From Paramecium tetraurelia (Eukaryota), in contig CT868274.1 in NCBI GenBank assembly GCA_000165425.1, forward strand, positions 186,001-250,000: a stretch of 64,000 bases of DNA, given 5' to 3'. The number at the start of each line of letters is the position of its first letter. Within the stretch, counting starts at the first letter, position 1. Shown here in pieces: positions 61,620 to 64,000 of the stretch. A model generated the notes under the pieces. That model saw nothing but the letters and a program-made list of their open reading frames with translations, had not been told where the DNA came from and ran no database searches. The translations under genes were made by a program, and so were the position numbers.

Positions 61620-62787
61620 ATGAAAGAATAACTCCTTGGTAAAATAGCAAGATATAGAATATTTCTGTAACAAGGTTTGTAGATTCCTGATGAAAATGGT
61701 GATGATTTGAGATGCATAGATTTTAATTTTGATAATTACATAGAATAACAATTATAGATTGAACAAGAATAAAAAGTTGATTAAGAAGATTAAAAAATAG
61801 TATAAACCGATAAAAAAATACCAGAATTAGAGTTAAAATTGAATGATTAAGATTTAGAAGGTTTGTTAAAAGATTTAGAAAATGTACAATTTGATGGCGA
61901 AATTGATTTCACTAAATAAAATATTGGTGATTAAGTATTAAATTCATCTAACCATATCTATTAGACTCTGATTAGATTATCAGTATTGATCTAAAAACTT
62001 CCAATTTCATCCCTCATTCTAGCTGATACCAAAATTTCTTATATAGGAGGTCTAGAATTAGGCAAAGCTATTTCTAATAGTAAATTAAAGAAGTTGATAT
62101 TAACCAATTGTAATCTAGGTCACAGCTCCAAGTAAGTGTATGACTATTTCATTTAGTATTTTAATGGAACAATTGCAATTCTTAGATGAAGTAGATTTTG
62201 GAGTCCTTGGAAATAAAGCACTTCGCTATTTATCTTAATAAAAACATGAATTATCGCATTTAGGATTTCAAGAAGATCCAAAAGAAGTTTGGGATGTTTA
62301 AACCAAAGAACTATTCTTGAAATCAATACCTAAATCGTTATTAAGCATTCAATTTTAAATAGATAATGCTGATCACAAAAAGTATCATTATTATATAATA
62401 AAGATTCGTAGGAATTGCAGAAATCAAATGTTAGGAAAATAGAGATGCATATTTACGAAAAAAGGCTAATGAATATAAGAGTAAAGATCTAGATCCAGAT
62501 CATCCAGACTATTATGACTGGTAAAATTAATCAAATAATTTAGTGATGATTTCAAAGTCAATGCATTTAAATTTAGTGTTAAATCTTATCTATCCAATGT
62601 TTTTGAATCATTACTAGATGAGTCTTTGTATTATTTGGAAAAAGAAAGGCAAAATGTGCTCAGAGATGAAGCTATTTATCATGTAACAAATGAGTTATTA
62701 CCCCAATCCATAATGGAAGATATTTGCCAAGCAGATGGCTCTTTGATTGTTTTAGCTAAATATCTTTTGACCAAAATTAAAAAATGA
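61620..62787 (+). CDS. Protein with RNI-like leucine-rich repeats
   Basis: IDFTKQNIGDQTLIRL, ISSLILADTKISYIGGLELGKAI, LKKLILTNCNLG, LDEVDFGVLG; TGA 62785-62787. Confidence 0.65.
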
Positions 62788-62827
62788 TATAAAAATATAA
62801 ATTCATCTTATAAATATCAATTGCGAA

Positions 62828-64000
62828 TCAACTTTATTACAGTCTATTTTATAAACAATCTGGAGATTGATGAATCTCTAGATCCTTTAAACTTTACACT
62901 GATTCCTTACTACCCATAGCTTCAGAAATCTTTCTATCATCTAGTTCATTAGGCACATCTAATCTTATTTGATCTTCTAAGATTCTTTGTTCATCTTCAT
63001 TTTATTATTGTAAAATAGTTGTATAATTTTATTAAACAAGGTTAAACAAGCTTTTATTCTACATTGCGAATTGTAATAATTGGTTGTTCAATTACCAATT
63101 TTTATTCTTGTTTTCATTGATCTTCTAAAAATTGTCAACTAAATCTTAAGCATTTTCTGCTCCAAGTTAAGCTTTAAAAAACCTTGTAAGTTTAGCTAAT
63201 CTAACATTGATAGGTACTAAAATTGATTTGATAGAATAATACTTGTTGATGTAGCTGCATATCTAATGATATTTTAATTATTATCTATATGACTCTAATT
63301 ATTTTATTGTTATTGTAGTTGATTTATTGATTTGATCTATTTATTACTTGCAGTTAATATATCAAATAATTCCTTTTAATCAGTCATTTAATCTTAAAAG
63401 ACAGGAGAACAAAATGTATTGAAAAGCATAAGCTAATCATCATCAAACAAAAACAACTTTAAACAATCAATCTCATATAACTTCTTTAAAATGTTGGTTA
63501 AATCTAAATCGAATTCAATCTTTGATTTAGCTATTTATGATATCACTAATTCCTTTTCGTCTTCAATATTCTTTTTACAGCTTTTGAAGTATTTTCTAAT
63601 AATGTAAAGTACATATTAATAAAATGAGTAATTAATTGTATAATCAAAGATCTGAATAAAAGATGCAATATTACTTATTGTAATAATTTCTTTGAATTCT
63701 TTGCTGAAGCCTACATTTTCCCTGGTGTTTATGATTAGTTAACGTATGACAATTTCCTTTTCTGAACACTCTTTAAATCAAATTTAAAAACAGAATTCAT
63801 TAATATTTCAAAAGTCTTATGTTGATTGTATACTTTATAGAAGATTTTGATGATCTGCATCACAGCTAAACATAAAGCTGTAGCTTCTGATACTGCTGAT
63901 AAAATAACTGAGGGTAAGTCCTATTGAATAACAAAATAAAATGAAGTGTCAGATGAAGCTCTAATTTATTATTTGTTGATACCTTAAATAAAAAGTACAC
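62828..64000 (-). CDS. Ciliate-type two-TM membrane protein, paralog B (5' part beyond the window end)
   Basis: YNQHKTFEILMNSVFKFDLKSVQKR, IAKSKIEFDLDLTNILKKLYEIDCLKLFLFDDDQLMLFNTFCSPVFQDQM and PINVRLAKLTRFFKAQLGA closely match 55973-58083. Confidence 0.8.

Noticed and set aside
1..64000. IESs, telomeric repeats, transposons, tRNA/rRNA genes, CRISPR arrays
   Set aside because: No TA-bounded insertion interrupting a gene could be supported, and no C4A2/C3A3 tracts, terminal inverted repeats, DDE/RT domains or structured RNA genes were recognised. Short IESs in intergenic DNA cannot be excluded by eye.

Overview
AT-rich, gene-dense macronuclear-type DNA of a ciliate, almost certainly Paramecium. 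TAA/TAG read as Gln, TGA is the only stop, and genes are split by tiny 20-34 nt GT..AG introns, so the supplied ORF track shows only fragments. Re-reading by eye with the ciliate code gives about 28 protein-coding genes, including an ABCB transporter, SAXO/STOP-like protein, ULK-like kinase, EAG-like K+ channel, RINGv-FHA ligase, TFIIE-beta-like protein, GlyRS, an ankyrin-anoctamin fusion, UBZ-HECT E3, p47/UBX, PP2C, an SR protein, WD40 and a PKA-R-like protein. No rRNA, tRNA, CRISPR or intact transposon was seen. The standout is a ~14.3 kb minus-strand locus (38335-52662) that appears to encode one ~4,600-4,700 aa polypeptide: SPRY, UBA, RanBP2-type zinc finger, a long scaffold, a BIRC6/BRUCE-type E2 and a complete UBA6-like E1. 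Both catalytic cysteines are intact, suggesting a self-contained ubiquitin activation and conjugation machine. Several single-base insertions in homopolymers break reading frames and are probably assembly errors. Gene boundaries were derived manually and no database search was run.
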